Assembly (NCBI GenBank): GCA_020891255.1
Contig: BQFW01000010.1
Span: 1,674,001-1,738,000 of the forward strand
DNA: 64,000 nucleotides
Source: Entomortierella parvispora E1425
Taxonomy: Eukaryota; Fungi; Mortierellomycota
Direction of reading: 5' to 3'
Part shown: piece by piece, positions 47,116 to 61,100 of the stretch
How positions within the stretch are numbered: position 1 is the first letter of the stretch
Layout: every line of letters begins with the position of its first letter
The notes under the pieces: model-generated
The model's database searches: none
What the model saw: the letters and a program-made list of their open reading frames with translations, nothing else
What the model was told of the DNA's origin: nothing
Translations under genes and position numbers: made by a program

Positions 47116-49379
47116 TCAGCACTCGTGGCCGACACTAACAACAAGGCCCGTTCTCGCAATCGAGGCTTTCCAGGACCACATTCCTCCGGGCACATCCGCA
47201 TCCTCCTCAACTTGATGGGTAGACCTTTCTTGGTCTACTGCTTCAGAGCATTCTAGATCCTCTTGCTTCATGGCCTTTCGGACCGTGGACAGGACAGAAT
47301 CACGGTCTAGGCCAGGCCGCAAGATGGCGACCAAGAATCCGCCACCGCCAGCGCCAGCCAAGGAAGCACCCTCGATGTAAGGGTCCAAATGCTGCAAAAG
47401 CCTGCCTACACTAGGCGGATGGTGCAAGGTTGTCCTGGAAAGGAGTCGCTTATCAGAAAAATATCTTGACAACAAAGTGCCGACAGAGTCGAATTTGCCT
47501 ATTTAATTTTGTGTCGAGAATGCGAGAGGGAGAGAAGTATGTTTGAGTGCCTGCGCTCAAATTCTCAATTTTTTTCTTCTTTCCTTCATCCCCTCTTGTT
47601 GTACTTTCTTACCTTTTCGCAATGCCTGCTCACACTGTTCGGCATCTTGGACGAGTCGATCCATTGTCTCGACAATCTTGGGGTCCTGGCTAGTCCAATT
47701 CATCAGGACAGTCTGCAACAGGTTCTTGGCTAAACGTGTCTGTCCAGTGTATATCAACACTAGTCTGGCGTCAAACTCGTCGAGAAACGTGTCGGCCACT
47801 TCGATCTGGGTCGTGTGGATCTAAGACATTGAAAAATGAAAGAGGGATGAGTCCAAGCTCATGGCAAGGGCCTCTCTTCAGAAATGAAAAAAGACGCCTG
47901 CCTGCTTACCTTTATTGGGAGTCCCAGTCGGCAGGTTCCAACCTTGAATCCTGGATAGATTCCTCCAACCTGATCCTGCCACCCACCACCTTTGGTGAAG
48001 GTAAATTGAAAAAGGTTTTAGAATGCTGACAAAAAAGGGGCTCATTCTGCCTGTCAATCGCTCTTCATTTACCAGTGTTCATCATCTGCTCCACATCCAG
48101 AGTAAGGTAGACCAGATCTTCCATTGTGTAAGGTTCACCCATGAGAATTTTCAGAACGGCCAAGATCGCTGCCGCCAAGATACTGCTGGTTCCCATGCCT
48201 ACAGGCAAAAAGTCATGCATGAGTAAATGGTTTCGGAGCTACTTCTGTCGCCTCATCAACACTGGGATGCGCCCTTCGATGCCTTCTGGGAGAGGGAGAA
48301 GGAGCATTTACCTGATCCAACGGGCAAACTCGATCGCACCTCCAACTCCAACCCACCACCAGCCCGCTTTAACAACTCGGCCATGGTTCTTAATGGAGGA
48401 TGAGAAGGAGCAAGCTCGGAGATCTTGTCCTCATCATGACGCGTGCCTGTAATACCCAAGATCCCCGAGGCCACAATCGAGGCTTTGAGCAGCGCACAGG
48501 GAACAGTTGGGTCAGCATAGTCACGAAGCTGTTCCAACGAATGATAATGCTCTGCTGGAACCTTGACGTCGTACGACAATGATAGAATCAGACTAGAATG
48601 CCACAGGATGAGAGAAAAGCATAAAATTCGCGGTTAGTGACTCAAAGAACATGTGAACAGTTGAAACCTTTGACATGGCGGGTTGCGTCTGTGGGGGGGA
48701 GAGCTCTTTTTCCCTGGCTGTTTGTTCCTTGTTGTTTAAAGTGTCTGCTTGGTGTGTGGGGTTGGATGGACAAGATTGGACAAGATTGTAAGCCATAAAC
48801 TACTCACGCTTCTGTTCGACGAGCCCTGACCGTGTAAGGCGCCTTTTCCGAAGGAGAAAAAAGAAAAAGAGAGAAAAAAAAGTCAATTTTACTTCGCCCC
48901 GTCCCTCCACATCTTTTGAGCCCAACAGAGAGAAGGATCGTTCTTCTTGTGCCTTTGTCAATCCATGTTCATGTCCAAACAACCCTTACTTTGTTGTTTA
49001 TGTTGACGGCAACGTTCACAACACGGCCACCGTGCTCATGGCTATTAGTCCGCGAGGACCAGAGAGAGAGAAGGAAAATAAATGTCCGAGCATACTTCAG
49101 CTCAAAAAACGCGGAGATTAGGAGGGTGATTTACGTGATAGGGATCGTGTCTGTCCATCCGCCACAGAGGTCGATCCTAGCCGGTGCGGATGCATAGACA
49201 AATGTACCTCGAGGTACCTTGACTGTCGACGAAGATGAAGAAGATAAAGTTGTGGCGGTAGCGGCATCCGGCGAGGCTGAGGGCAAAGGCGACAAGGAAC
49301 GCGATGGTTGCTCTTCCGTGTCCTGCTCTGCCGCCGACAGAGAATCCGACTGTTGGCGTTGTGCAGTGTTTAAAAGCAT
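47116..49379 (-). CDS. FUK: L-fucokinase, GHMP kinase domain only (about 8 exons)
   Basis: [31 protein letters not shown]; ALLKAS; [18 protein letters not shown]; [23 protein letters not shown]; [17 protein letters not shown]; [11 protein letters not shown]. Confidence 0.88.
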
Positions 49380-50692
49380 TCACTAAGGAGGCAGAGATCT
49401 GCCCAAGGATAAAAGATGAAAGGGAGGGATGAGGGCAGTAATTAGCAGCGGTTGAAATGAGCAATGAGGGAGGACGGAATCAAGACCCGAGGGCGAATGG
49501 ATGTCGCCATGGAGACGCGTGGGAGGAAGGTGTCTTAAGGGTGTAAGCTGGATGGAAGCGAGACGCGTGGGCTCGGGAATGTCGTTTTTGTTTCCGCTGG
49601 GTATCATCCCTCTTCTCATCATCCCTCAGATAGGCATAGACTGCAGATGGAGATGACCCTCCGCCCGGTACCTTTGCCACTGTGGTCCCCCTGGGTCAAG
49701 GCCATGATCGGGCTGGCGCTATTGTCGCACTCTCACGCGCCACATGTACTACCCCTCATATCAGGACTCGGGACAGAACATCTTCTGATAATGGCCCATT
49801 GGATCGTTCAAGATGAGGATATGAAGGATCTTTCAATGAGACAACGCCAGTTTTGTAAAACACTAACACCGGGCCAGCTTCGACTCTGCATCCCTCAAAA
49901 CTGATATTGCCATTGGTGTTGTTCAAAACTCAGTCAACCTCAGAAGCTCTACGAGATAATCGAGCTGGGGCAAAACACTAAAACTGGGGCTATAGAGATA
50001 AAGTTAGGGATGGTGGGTGGAAGGATGAAGGAGATGAGAAAAGCAACAAGGATACTAGCAAAACATGTTCCCAGGTTGAATGGTCATGTGCGTGTGCGTG
50101 CCAAAAAAAAAAAAAAAAAAAAAACCTTGCGCACAGGCCATGTTCTTTCTCGTCTTGAAGTTTCCCGCCACTGAAATCAACGTCAAACCACATCTTTTCA
50201 ATCCGTCAAGATACACACGCACAGACTCACCCTCATCGCAGCACTCACACATCACAAGGTGTCTCTGTTCCCTGAACTTTGATGGTCCATTCTTCGTTGC
50301 AGACATCAAAGTGAATTAGTAATGTATGTTTTTTATTGACCAACAAGATATTAAGATGAAAGTGTGAGATTTTTTTTGGTATTGACGTTGGCTGCAATTG
50401 CATTTTAGAGCTAGGAAAAAAAAAAGGAAAAAAGGAAAAGCAAAAGAGAAAAAACAGACGAGGAGAAGAAAGGGAGGAAAAAGCAAAATATACACAAAGG
50501 AAATGTGGGTAGAGATAATGGTGAATGAGAAAGGAAGCGAGCAAAGAGAGAGAATTGTAATAATAAAGATAGAGAGCGACAGAGAGAAAGGACCTCTCTG
50601 ACTTATTTTTTTTTTGCCCTGAGGTCTGGTATCCGGGAAACACTTGATGTTCCCCCCTTTCTAAACAAAATCGACAGGTTTTGTTTTCCTTA

Positions 50693-53548
50693 TCATGGCC
50701 GGTTTCGAACAGGGATGGGTGCAGAATGAAACCGTCGATCGTCCAGCGACGACGAAGCATGATGCCCATTGCTGTGCTGTTGCTGATAAGGCGAACCCTG
50801 AGCTCCACCGTGGGATTGGAAGTAAGATGAAGACGAAGGCGATGATGAGTAATGATGGTGGCCAGACTGAGGCGAATGCTGAGGACCAGGCGAGCCACTA
50901 TGAGAGTGATGCTGAGGATGATGGTGCATATGCGAGTAGTTGGGGAAAGATTGAGAATAGGATCCGGGACTCGACGCGCTCGACTGCGAAAATGAGCTAG
51001 AGTGCGAGTGCTGATGACGAGGGTCGTGCCCGTGATTCTCACTGTATCCTCGGCTGTGCTCATATCCATGACTCTCATTTGAAGGAGATGACGTCGAAAG
51101 AGGTGAGGTACCATAGTCCTGTGAATGCTGATGGCGATGATGCTGCTGTGCGTGAGGATGATGCTGCTGGTGATGATGACCGGGAGGGACTGCGTGGCGC
51201 TGAGATGCAGGGGAAGCCGAGTGATGCGCAAAGGACATAGCAGGCTGTTGCTGGTAGCCCGAGCCGACAGAGGGAAGCGTAGGCAAAGATGAGGACATTG
51301 TCACATCCATGGGCTCAGCTTCTGATTTTGGGCTCCCGCTCATTGTACGACCCTTATTCTGGCCGTTAGGACCCTGAGGTTCCCAACGCATCGGTCTTGA
51401 CTGCGAAGGGTGCATATGGAAGTGAGAAGGCAAGGACGAGGACATCTCGTGGTGGCCGTGGTCCGAATGGTGCTGTTGATGACCACCCTGGGAATAATGA
51501 CGACCGTGCACGGGGACCTGGTCGGTGCTGTTGCTGTGTTGGTGCATCGAGCGCTTAAATCCGTTCTCGGCCTGGTACGACGAAGGATGGCTGAAGGCTG
51601 AGGGGCTGGGAGGCGAATGACGATGAAAGGCGCTGGGTGAGCTCGTTCCAAAGTACTTTGAAGGGGCGGCAGTAGCACGGAGCGGAGGCAATGGATAGCC
51701 GTTGGGACTAGGCGAGGGTGGAGACGAATGCGCGACCGAGTGCGACTGGGAGCGCTGCAAATGTGGACGATGGGGTGGGATGGCCACTTTTGCGCTGTAG
51801 CTAAGAGAGTCCAAAACGCCAGCTGCAGCAAGTTGCTCTCGATTCTCACTATGAAGATGAAAGGCAAACGGCGTAAAGTAAGTCGACTTGGACCATGATG
51901 TCACAATATCCCGACCATTGATGCATCTTCTCAATAGCCCCTTTCACTGGCCGGCTAGCCGTACCTGATGAAGCTCTTGATATCTGGCTCGTGTCCTTTT
52001 TGATGGCGTGTTAGTGTCGTGCGGCGAGTGAAGGTCTTGCCGCACCCAGGGTGTTCGCAGACATAGGGCCTCTTTCCAGTGTGAGTCCTGCGATGGCGGG
52101 CCAAGGAGGATGACTGCAGAGGAGGGCGGGAAAGAAAAAAATGTCAGTGTTTGTGATCTCTGTCCATCTTGTCTCGCAAAAAAAAGTGCCCCGTGCCCCG
52201 GATGATTGCGCACAAGAACAAAAAAAATCAGGGGGTTTGTGCTTCCTCGGCGCACAGTGCCCAACTGACGGGGAGCATGGGCAGAGACAAAAAGAGCTTT
52301 CATGTGGGATTGTTGCGTGCTGTTGTCGTTGGTCGTCGCCGGTCTGTTCGTCGCTGATGTTTGTGTTGTTGGCCCAAGGTTTCATTAGTGCATTTGCCGC
52401 CAGAACCACATCCATGGCCTCGTTGATGCCGATGCAGGGCAGAGCGGTCAGGGCTGTGGTTCAGGGTGTATGCATTGACGCGCGCTTGGCCAAGCGAGGG
52501 GCCGCCTGACGCCGATTGTCCAAATATTCAAGAAGATTACAGACAGGAAGGAACATATGGGAAAGAGCCAAGGAGGGGGAGTGGTCCTCTACTTACGTCG
52601 CTAAATGACTTTTGGCAGGATTCGTACTCGCACACATGGGGTCTCTCGCCAGTGTGGGTTCGGTAGTGCACGGTCAAGGCCGAACGCTGGATAAACTGCT
52701 TTCCGCAGCCAGCCCAATCGCATTGGTAGGGTCTACGAGGAAGGAAACGCGGGCTGTCAGCAAAAAGGGGAGCACGCACCGAGGGATAACAACACAGCAT
52801 TGGGGGTGGGGAGATGGTTCGCTATTGTGGCATGGCTGTGGTGGTTGTGGTCCATGAAACAACGCGCATGGGATAGAGAGGAGGGGGGGAAGTCGAGCAA
52901 GTGACCAAAAGGATTCCCTCCCACTGTGTCTGCGTGTGCTCGCTATTCTTGGTCATCATGGACGGACCATGGCTGGTCTTTTGATCTCTATCCGCGGCTA
53001 CCTCTGCGTCATGGAGCTGTGGTGTCGTTTCTACCCGCGAGCAGATTCGAGTCTAGTCATGTCTCTCATCGGTCAATTTCACCCTCGCCACAACCTGCAG
53101 GCCCGTGTTCGGATATCCTGCAGATCGCACTGAGCATGAAGGAACAAAAGGGTAGAAAGTGGGTACTTTTTGTTGTGGTTTGTTACCTTTCTCCAGTGTG
53201 GATGCGTCTGTGGCGGGCCAGATCAGACCGGCGAGAAAAGGACTTTGTGCAGTCTTCCCAGATACATTCGTATGGGCGTTCGGCCGAGACGGTACCCTCG
53301 GCGTCTGAGGAGCTCTCGTTTCCGAGCTCGTCTTCACCGTTGTCGTCCAAGTGGATATCCAAGTCCAGATCAAGATCATCGCCGTTGGGATTGTGGTTGT
53401 GGTGCTGGTGGTTGCCGTTGTTGCTGCTCTCGTCATGGTCTGGGTGTCCGTTCTTTTGGCTCTGGTGCTGCTGCCGCTCTAGCTGCTCAAGGTGCTGTTG
53501 CTTTTGCGCATCGGATCCTGAGTTGAGGATGCTTCGAATGTCCATCAT
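50693..53548 (-). CDS. C2H2 zinc-finger transcription factor with four TGERP/TGKRP-linked fingers and a His/Ser/Pro-rich C-terminus (about 4 exons)
   Basis: [92 protein letters not shown]. Confidence 0.92.
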
Positions 53549-56500
53549 AAAAGGTCAGGCAGGATTGATTGAGAGAAGAGAGAAAGAAAGATATTCGACG
53601 AGAGATGGATTCAACGAATAAACGAATGAATGAATGAAACAAGCAAGAAAAGACGGACAAGAGCACAAGAGAGGGAAAGAAGGCAAAAGAGGAAGCGAAA
53701 AGAAAAAAGGGCAGGGAAAGAGAAGAGGTCAAAGAGTGGGAGGGGAATACAGAGGGACAGTCGTGCGCCTTTTATAAGTGGATGTGTATGTGTGAGGTGT
53801 GTGTGTAAAAGTAGGGGAGAAAATTGTTTTTTTTTTCTTTTTCTTTTTTTTTTGTTTGTGTGTGTCCTCTGGCAGTGGAGTGCGTGCGTGCGTGAGTGCG
53901 TGCGTGAGTGCGTGCTGGAGGGAAGGGGTGGATGGACAAAGGAAGGAAGAAGAGCAAAGATCCAAGGGCAATGAATGAATGGACAGATGGGATGGGAGAG
54001 GGATGGGATGGGAGAGGGCTGAGAAGAAAGAGAGAAAGGGTGAGAGGGAGAGAGAAAGAGAGAAAACAAAGAGAAAAAACGTGGGTCGAGAGCAGATCAG
54101 TGGAGACGAGTCAGCTCGGTCGTTGTTTGAATGTGCCGTCGAGGGAACGAGGGAAGGGAAGGGCAGAGATCTGATCAGTGCAAGGTGGAGTGAAGGTGTG
54201 GTGATCAGAACAGGATGAGAACAGATGCGAGAGAGAAGAGAGTAAGGCGAGAAGGAAGAGAAGAGGAGCAAAGAGACGGAAGAGAAGGGAAGAAGGCCTG
54301 TGGCCATGGGAGGAGGAGGAACTCGCAACGCAACGCAACGCAACCAACAACAGCGAGAGAGACTGGTCAGCCAGCCAGCTCAATAGAATGGGACCTATAG
54401 AATAGAACACAAATGACAAATTGCACAATACCGACACCGGTGCCCTGCCTGCCAGGGAAACCTGGACTAACCAGCTCAACTAGTCGGGAAAAAAAAAAAA
54501 AAAAAAAAAAAAGACGTCGGTGCACATCTCCACGCTGTCCGTCGTCGTCACTGGTCCCATTTAGCGAAAACTTTCTTTCGCCCGCACCCTACCCCCCTTT
54601 TCTGCCTTCGTTTCCTAATCCGGGGATCTCTTCCTCGGACCCCTCTTCCTCCAGGTTCATGGGCCTCAGCACTCGACCTCGCTCGTGGTCGTTCCTGAAG
54701 CGCTGCCATTTTTGATCACAGATCATCGCCCCGTCGCTGAATCCACCTGTCCCTCCTTCTGGCACTGGCCATGTTCCTGGGCCACGCTCATTTTCTCTCC
54801 TCCCTCGCTCGTGGTGTTCGTGCGCCGTGATCAATTGGCTGCTTGTGCGAGGGTAAAACAAATCTTCTGTGGCCAGACGCTTTTATTCGGATAGGTCTGC
54901 TCGACAGTCATGGCAACAACAGCTCACACTGCCATATTGTCGGTCCTCAGTGGTCGTTACAAAGAGCTGCTCTACTGCATATCATTATTCCCTCTTCATC
55001 GCGAATTATCAGCCAATGCTGCGTGTGTGTGTGCGACAATGGTGAGCAAGCGAGCAACTTTTGCTCCTTCAGCAACTGTGTGTCTGCCCATTCAGGGTTG
55101 TTTTGCCTGCTTCCCAGAGACACACGACCGTCAATTCCGAGTGCAGGAGCAAATGGCGTTGTGTCCACCATTTTGGTACATCCACCTTCCCCCGTATCAG
55201 ATTTGCTGCCACACCCACCATTGATGGTCAGCTTACAAGTTGTCACGGATGGGGATTTTTTTTTATCTTATTCCCGCAAGGTCCCAGCAACTCGTGTCCG
55301 TGCTTGGTCCATGACAGGGATTGTGCGCACACGCACTCTCCTCCTCCCAAGAAAGTGCGGGGGTGACAAACACGGACTCACAAACACTCTCCCATCCTCT
55401 TTTTTCCGTCGTGACCAGCTCCAGGACAAGGGAGAGAGTCGATACGCTTCAGAAGGTTTTGGCGAGATGTTGTTGATGCGGCTACAGTTTCTGTTCCTGT
55501 TGTGTTGTTGTTGTTGCCTGCTGATGATAATGATTGGCAGACGAGGTGTGTGCATCTGTTGTCCTTTGGAGCGCACAATCCAACCTGCCACGCACGCTCC
55601 CACCGTACACACGCTAACACCCCTCTCACCCTAAAAAAGCGGTAATCGATAGTCGGCGCACAGTCTTGTTCACTTTATCGAAATGGCCCACGTTTTTTAA
55701 TTATTTTCTTTGTCTTTGTTTATCGATATCCCCCGAATGGTCTTTGACCCCCTCCACCTTCCGCCCTTTCATGGAACCACAGAGCAATTAACAAAAACAT
55801 GCGTTGAGCACTGGCCTTTTGAGGCCTCACCACACTGTGCGCCATTCATTCATCATTGGATCACCTCGAATAAAAGCTCGAGCAAGGAAAGAAAGAGCTG
55901 GAAGTCCAAGGGAAAGGGCTAGCTGACATCAATTGCTTTATTGTCTGCTCAGTTTGTTTGTTCGTCTGGTTTTGTTTGTTTTTTCGTTTGCTTGCCGCAA
56001 AGGATGGGAAGCAAGGGACTCAATCCCTTGCCATCCATGGTCGCACGAGAACTGTTCCTTCTCCTCTTTCTCTCCCCCTTCTTTTCTCCCGTTCCGTGGG
56101 ACTTGCCGCGCTGTTTGTTCATCACTTTTAGTCAAAAAAAAATACATTTGAAAGAGGCCCGCCACGAGGGACTTCCAGTTGTCCCTGGTCCCCGACTCTG
56201 ACAGTCCTCCCGAGGTCTAATTCATCGCATCCGAAGGTGCAGGAGCCTGTTTGCCTCAGAAAAGAGAGTGTTGAGAAGGCAAAGAAGAGACCGAGACAAT
56301 AAGAGAGCAGAGGAGTGACACTCCTGACACACCCACCCACCAAACGGTACGGTTGTGCTCTCAATATAGTTATAGTTTCTGTTAGATGCTCAGTCATCAC
56401 AGACCTTTTGGAAAGCCACGTTGTGGCCAGGGGAGGGTGGCCTCCCTTCCTCCTGCAGCTGTAACGCTTGCGGTTCACCTTGTTTGTGTTGGCGCTGTCG

Positions 56501-58177
56501 GATTGACAAGGATTGGATTAGTTTTTTTTCTTTTCATTTTAGTGTGATCGGCCTTCAATCGCAATGCCTATCGACCATCTTTGTATTTCCCCCACCAAAA
56601 CTCTGTATTGGCCAGGCTCGCTTCACTTTCGAAACCTTGCGCAGGCGCCATGCTCTGTTGTAGAACGTTCATCTTCATTACAGTGCCAGCTCAGGAACGA
56701 TCTGCTTCCATAGGTTGTGGTACCCCTTCTTACCAACACTTTTCCGATTTGTCCAAGGTCGGTTTTTTTTGGGTTCTTTTGAGCGGACAATGGATAAATG
56801 ATTGACAATGTCGAATTGGAAGAGCTGCTGCAAAAGTAGCTTCTGGGTAGACTCTGAACTTTGTTGGTGAGAAGTATCCTTTATAATAGAGAGAAAATAA
56901 ACGCCATGGGGTTGAGCGTCGCATGGCACTGGCTCTGGAAAGCAGGGGCCAAGAGGCGTGCCCAGACCCAGACTTTGGGGTCTGTTTTTTGTTTTTATTC
57001 TTAATTTTCTCTTAGTCTGGCAAGCAGCCCATGGGCGCTAGTTCATTAGAAAGTATTGATGTAACCCAGTGACTAGCTCTCCAAGAAGTATGTAAGAACT
57101 AGTGCGCCGAGTCCAAGGAAGTTCCGATCTTCTCTTACCGGTTGTTCGAGGGCGATGGGAATCGAATTGCTGGCTCTTTTTGTTTGTTGTATGAATGCAT
57201 GTATGGTCCAAAGGTGTGTTCGATGCGCCAGAGCTGTTCGTGGCCACTGCCAAGTGTGCCACAGTAACACAACTCTGCTTCTGCCTCAAGGAGGGGTACT
57301 TTGGACAAGTAGCTCAGCTGCATGACAGCCCAATATTTTTATTGCGAAGATATCTTATCTGCGGACTTTCCTCTCATTGGCCCGGAGAGCTTGTCTGTTC
57401 CTGGCCCTGTCAGTTCTGTCACGGCGGGCGGCCAGGCGACAGTTGCTTCGACCGTGCCACACATTGCTCTCGGCCGGTCCCGACACGGTAACTTACCCAA
57501 TACTCAGCTCCAAATATTGGAGACTATGAATCTGCTGTTCGTCGTTGTCACTGCTCTTCCCCATGCAGGTTTGGATCAGTCCACCTTTGGCGTAAAAAAG
57601 TTGCGGAAATAGCACTGCGATCCACTCCGTGTGCAGAGAGAGATTGACTGCTGCTGCCTGCTAGTAGCAAAAGGGCGCAAGTTGCCGTTCTTTCTTGAGA
57701 GCAAGGGTGCAGTTCCCAAGAGGCAATTGGTCCTCCCCTTTCTTTTTGCTTGAAAGGGCCATGCGAGTTGTCGTCATTTGGCATGACACGTCCAGGATAC
57801 CGTCCTGTTGGCAATCGAAGGGAAGGAAGGGAAGGGGGGAGGGGCGATCTAGGACGGAAGGGAGGAAGGGCACGATAGTCAGTCAATCCCTCCCTCCCGT
57901 CGCAATCACGGCCAAGAAGCGCGCGAACAGGGGATCAAAAGGGAAACAAAAGGATCACAAGGAAGGGAAACAGACGAGTCAGATCGGGTTTCCCACGCCG
58001 TTGGCTTCCTCCACCCGATGCCCGCGACGGTGACGGTGCGCACGCGTGTGTAACCTTGGCCACGTTGCCAAACAGAGCGAAATGGAATGCAGCTGGCCAT
58101 GCTTGATGCACCGCTCTCTCCCTCTCTCTCCTTTCAACTCCCACCCCTTCTCCTTTCTCCCCTTGTCACCACCCGGA

Positions 58178-61100
58178 ATGCAGACAAAGAGGCGCAAGTC
58201 TACAATTAGTCTCGCCCTGGGCGCATTCTTTCTTTCTGCTGCAGCTACTACAATGGCATCAGTGCCGTTGCATTCAGGACCAAAGGTCGCATTCGCCATG
58301 CAAGGAGACCTCCGCAATGCACAGACCAGGCTAAGTGGCACTCCAGTAGCCTCCACCTCTTTTCTCTCTTCAGCGACGACAACAACCCCTATTTCCATCC
58401 GTCCAGTGTGGGAGGTAAGAAGATTTATATGATAAAGACAACAGTCAGTCCACCGTATTCTAAAGCCATTAAAAGATTCTAGGTCCTTTTCCTACAGGAA
58501 TGAGAGAGCAGGACTTTGGGGCAGATCCTCTGGAGGCGTTTGGTAAGTAAACATGGAACCGGACTGATATCTTGACTCCGATTCCTGGCTAAATACAACC
58601 ATTTATTAGGGGGATTTCTCGATCTGCCGTATGACGAGGAGACAAAGTATCCTTCAGAGCTGGCTCCGGGGGGGTATGTGAGGTGGCATCAAGCTCAGAT
58701 GGACAAGAGCGGGTGGGTCCCTGTGCTTTACCCAGAAATCGAGTGAGTACCAAGATCATCCTAGACGAGCAACAATAAGGGAAGATGGCTTACAATTTGT
58801 CCTTTTGTAGGTGGAGTTTCAATCAACAGTTTCTTGGCTGGGGCTTCAATCAGTTCCAGGCATGGATCAGATCTACTTTCACAGTGCCAACCGTCGACTG
58901 CGAACAGGAAGATGGTCTCTGCTCCATCACGATTCAATGTGAGAACGTGGGCGATTTCTATGTAGACCGAGAGCGTCTGTCAGGAGATTGGTATGGTTAT
59001 GGATTGACGCGCCATACTCTGAGATTAGCCCCTGGAAGCGCTCATACTCTCTCAGTCCGTGTCGTTCATGAAGTTCGGATCTTTGGAGGGATTCAGCTTC
59101 CTCCACCAGTCAAAATCAGATGCGAGCTATTGCTCGTTGCTCCGAACAAGGAAATAGACTTCGGCCAAGATAGCACGTCCGACTCCCTCCCTTTGGTTCA
59201 GGTAGTCGAGGAAGGACACGGGGGACTAGTGGTCATGGACGCAGTGGATGGTGTGCTGGCGGGGGAATTCATCAGCGTTGCCCTGCGCAACGTCGGTCCA
59301 CACCATGCTTTAGTAAAGAGCGTGACGGTCATCGATGGATCGGATGAATTCTCGGCATCGTTGGAAGATCCTTCTGCCGCCATTGCCCTCTATCCTGGAA
59401 CTCACCGGCCCATTTCTGTGAGGCTAACAAAAAGTATTGGCGCGGCAAAGGGAATAGGCGAGACATCGGACCCTCTTCGTTTTTCTCTTGCCTTCACCCT
59501 TGAATCCAGGAGCAAACATAAGCCCAATGATCGCTCAAGAGTCATGGTTAGCACAGCCAACATCAGACTGGACAGCAGGACCTGGGGCGAACCATACAAG
59601 TATACCTTCCGGGATTTTGATGGCACAATCCAATATGCCGCGGCTATTCCGCCTAGCCACCCTCAGTCATCGACGAACTCAGCGCCCATAATAGTGGCTC
59701 TCCATGGTGCTGGTAAGTCGCGAGCGGCTAAAAAAGTGGAGCGGGCGAAAACATGCTTCAGAGGTCTAGAAATATGAATAGACACTAAAACTGCCTTTTC
59801 GCATAGGTGTTGAGGTCTCTCAGTCCCCATTCTGGCAACAGGAATACAAACAACGAGAACGATCATGGGTCAGCACCTTTCTGCTTTTTTTTTCTTTTTT
59901 CCTCATGCCTGTCGAAAGACTGATCAGCAGGTACTAACAATATCCCTATGGGCAATTCCTTACAGATCGTTCTTCCCACCGGCCGGTCGCCCTGGTAAGC
60001 ATAAACTCATTGGACTCAGAAGATGTTTGTCGTATTTTGAGTCTTCAAGAGGAGAAACTGAAGCGTGCTATCTTAGGGGATACGACTGGCACGGAGCTAG
60101 TATCAAAAATGTCATGAGCACCATCCGTGGCCTTCGAGACTACCTACCTGGAGTGCCAGACGCGCTGAGGGATGTCCGTGGCATGCAGCCGGATGCAGAA
60201 CGGATTCTGATGGCCGGTCATAGCAACGGGGGTCAAGGCGCATGGTACTGGGTAACCCATTTTCCAGATTTGGCTATCGCTGGTAAGCTCCACTGCTTTT
60301 CTAAACAGCAAATGTCGAGATATCCGTGGATCTTAAAACATGAATAGTTCACTGACAATGTTGTGACGCCACTCATAGCCACTCCTGCCGCAGGCTATGT
60401 CAACATCAAGCAATACGTCCCATACTCAGGCTGGCTAAGTCGCTCATACACGGACTCTTATCTCAGAGGCGTAAGCAGGAAACCATGGTAAAGTCTTGAT
60501 CTACTTTGTCTTTGCGATATCTAACAAATTGCCATCACAGCTACTAGAGGCATCAATCATCGAGTATGATAACGACGTTCATATTTCGAATGCAGTACGT
60601 ATACCTCATCCTCCAGAGCCATAGGTTCTTACCGATACTTCCTGCGCAACTAAACACTGAACCTATCTTATCTACCATTTGGACTAAAGGTTGGAGTACC
60701 CATCTTGGCAAGAACAGGGAGTGCCGATGATAACGTACCGCCAATGAATTCTCGAAAAATGGTCCGGTTAGGACAGGAGAATGCACACAACCTTTCTGCG
60801 ATCTCGTAAGTCTATTGGAATTTCAGAGTGCTATCGATAGCCCGAGCCTACCATTCCTGCAACTGAGGTTTATACTACCTTTCATTAGATTATCAGAGAT
60901 ACAAGGTGAAGGGCACTGGTTCACAGGAGCTTTACATGACGGAGTCATGCAAGGGTTCCTCCGTATGCACCTTAAAGACGATGTTAGTTCAAATTTGTCT
61001 ACAGCAACACCTGCGGAGGAAGTCGTTCATCCGCCTTTGCCGAAAACGTTTGAGGTGAACCTGGTCAACCCGGCAGGCATGGAGTCGAGGGGCGGGATTC

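Noticed and set aside
49450-49950. Protein-like fragments upstream of fucokinase (AKVPGGGSSPSAVYAY...)
   Set aside because: Frames are interrupted by stops and show no pyrophosphorylase motif; I could not link them to the gene by splice sites.
54843-55634. 263-aa plus-strand ORF in the long intergenic region
   Set aside because: TTG start, Cys/Ser/Leu-rich composition typical of non-coding translation, no domain or exon context.
56874-57015. U12-type intron look-alike: GTATCCTTT donor, TTCTTAAT near a downstream TAG
   Set aside because: Flanks are closed in the relevant frames, the branch match is imperfect, and one such 9-mer in 128 kb of both strands is expected by chance. Only junction reads could rescue it.
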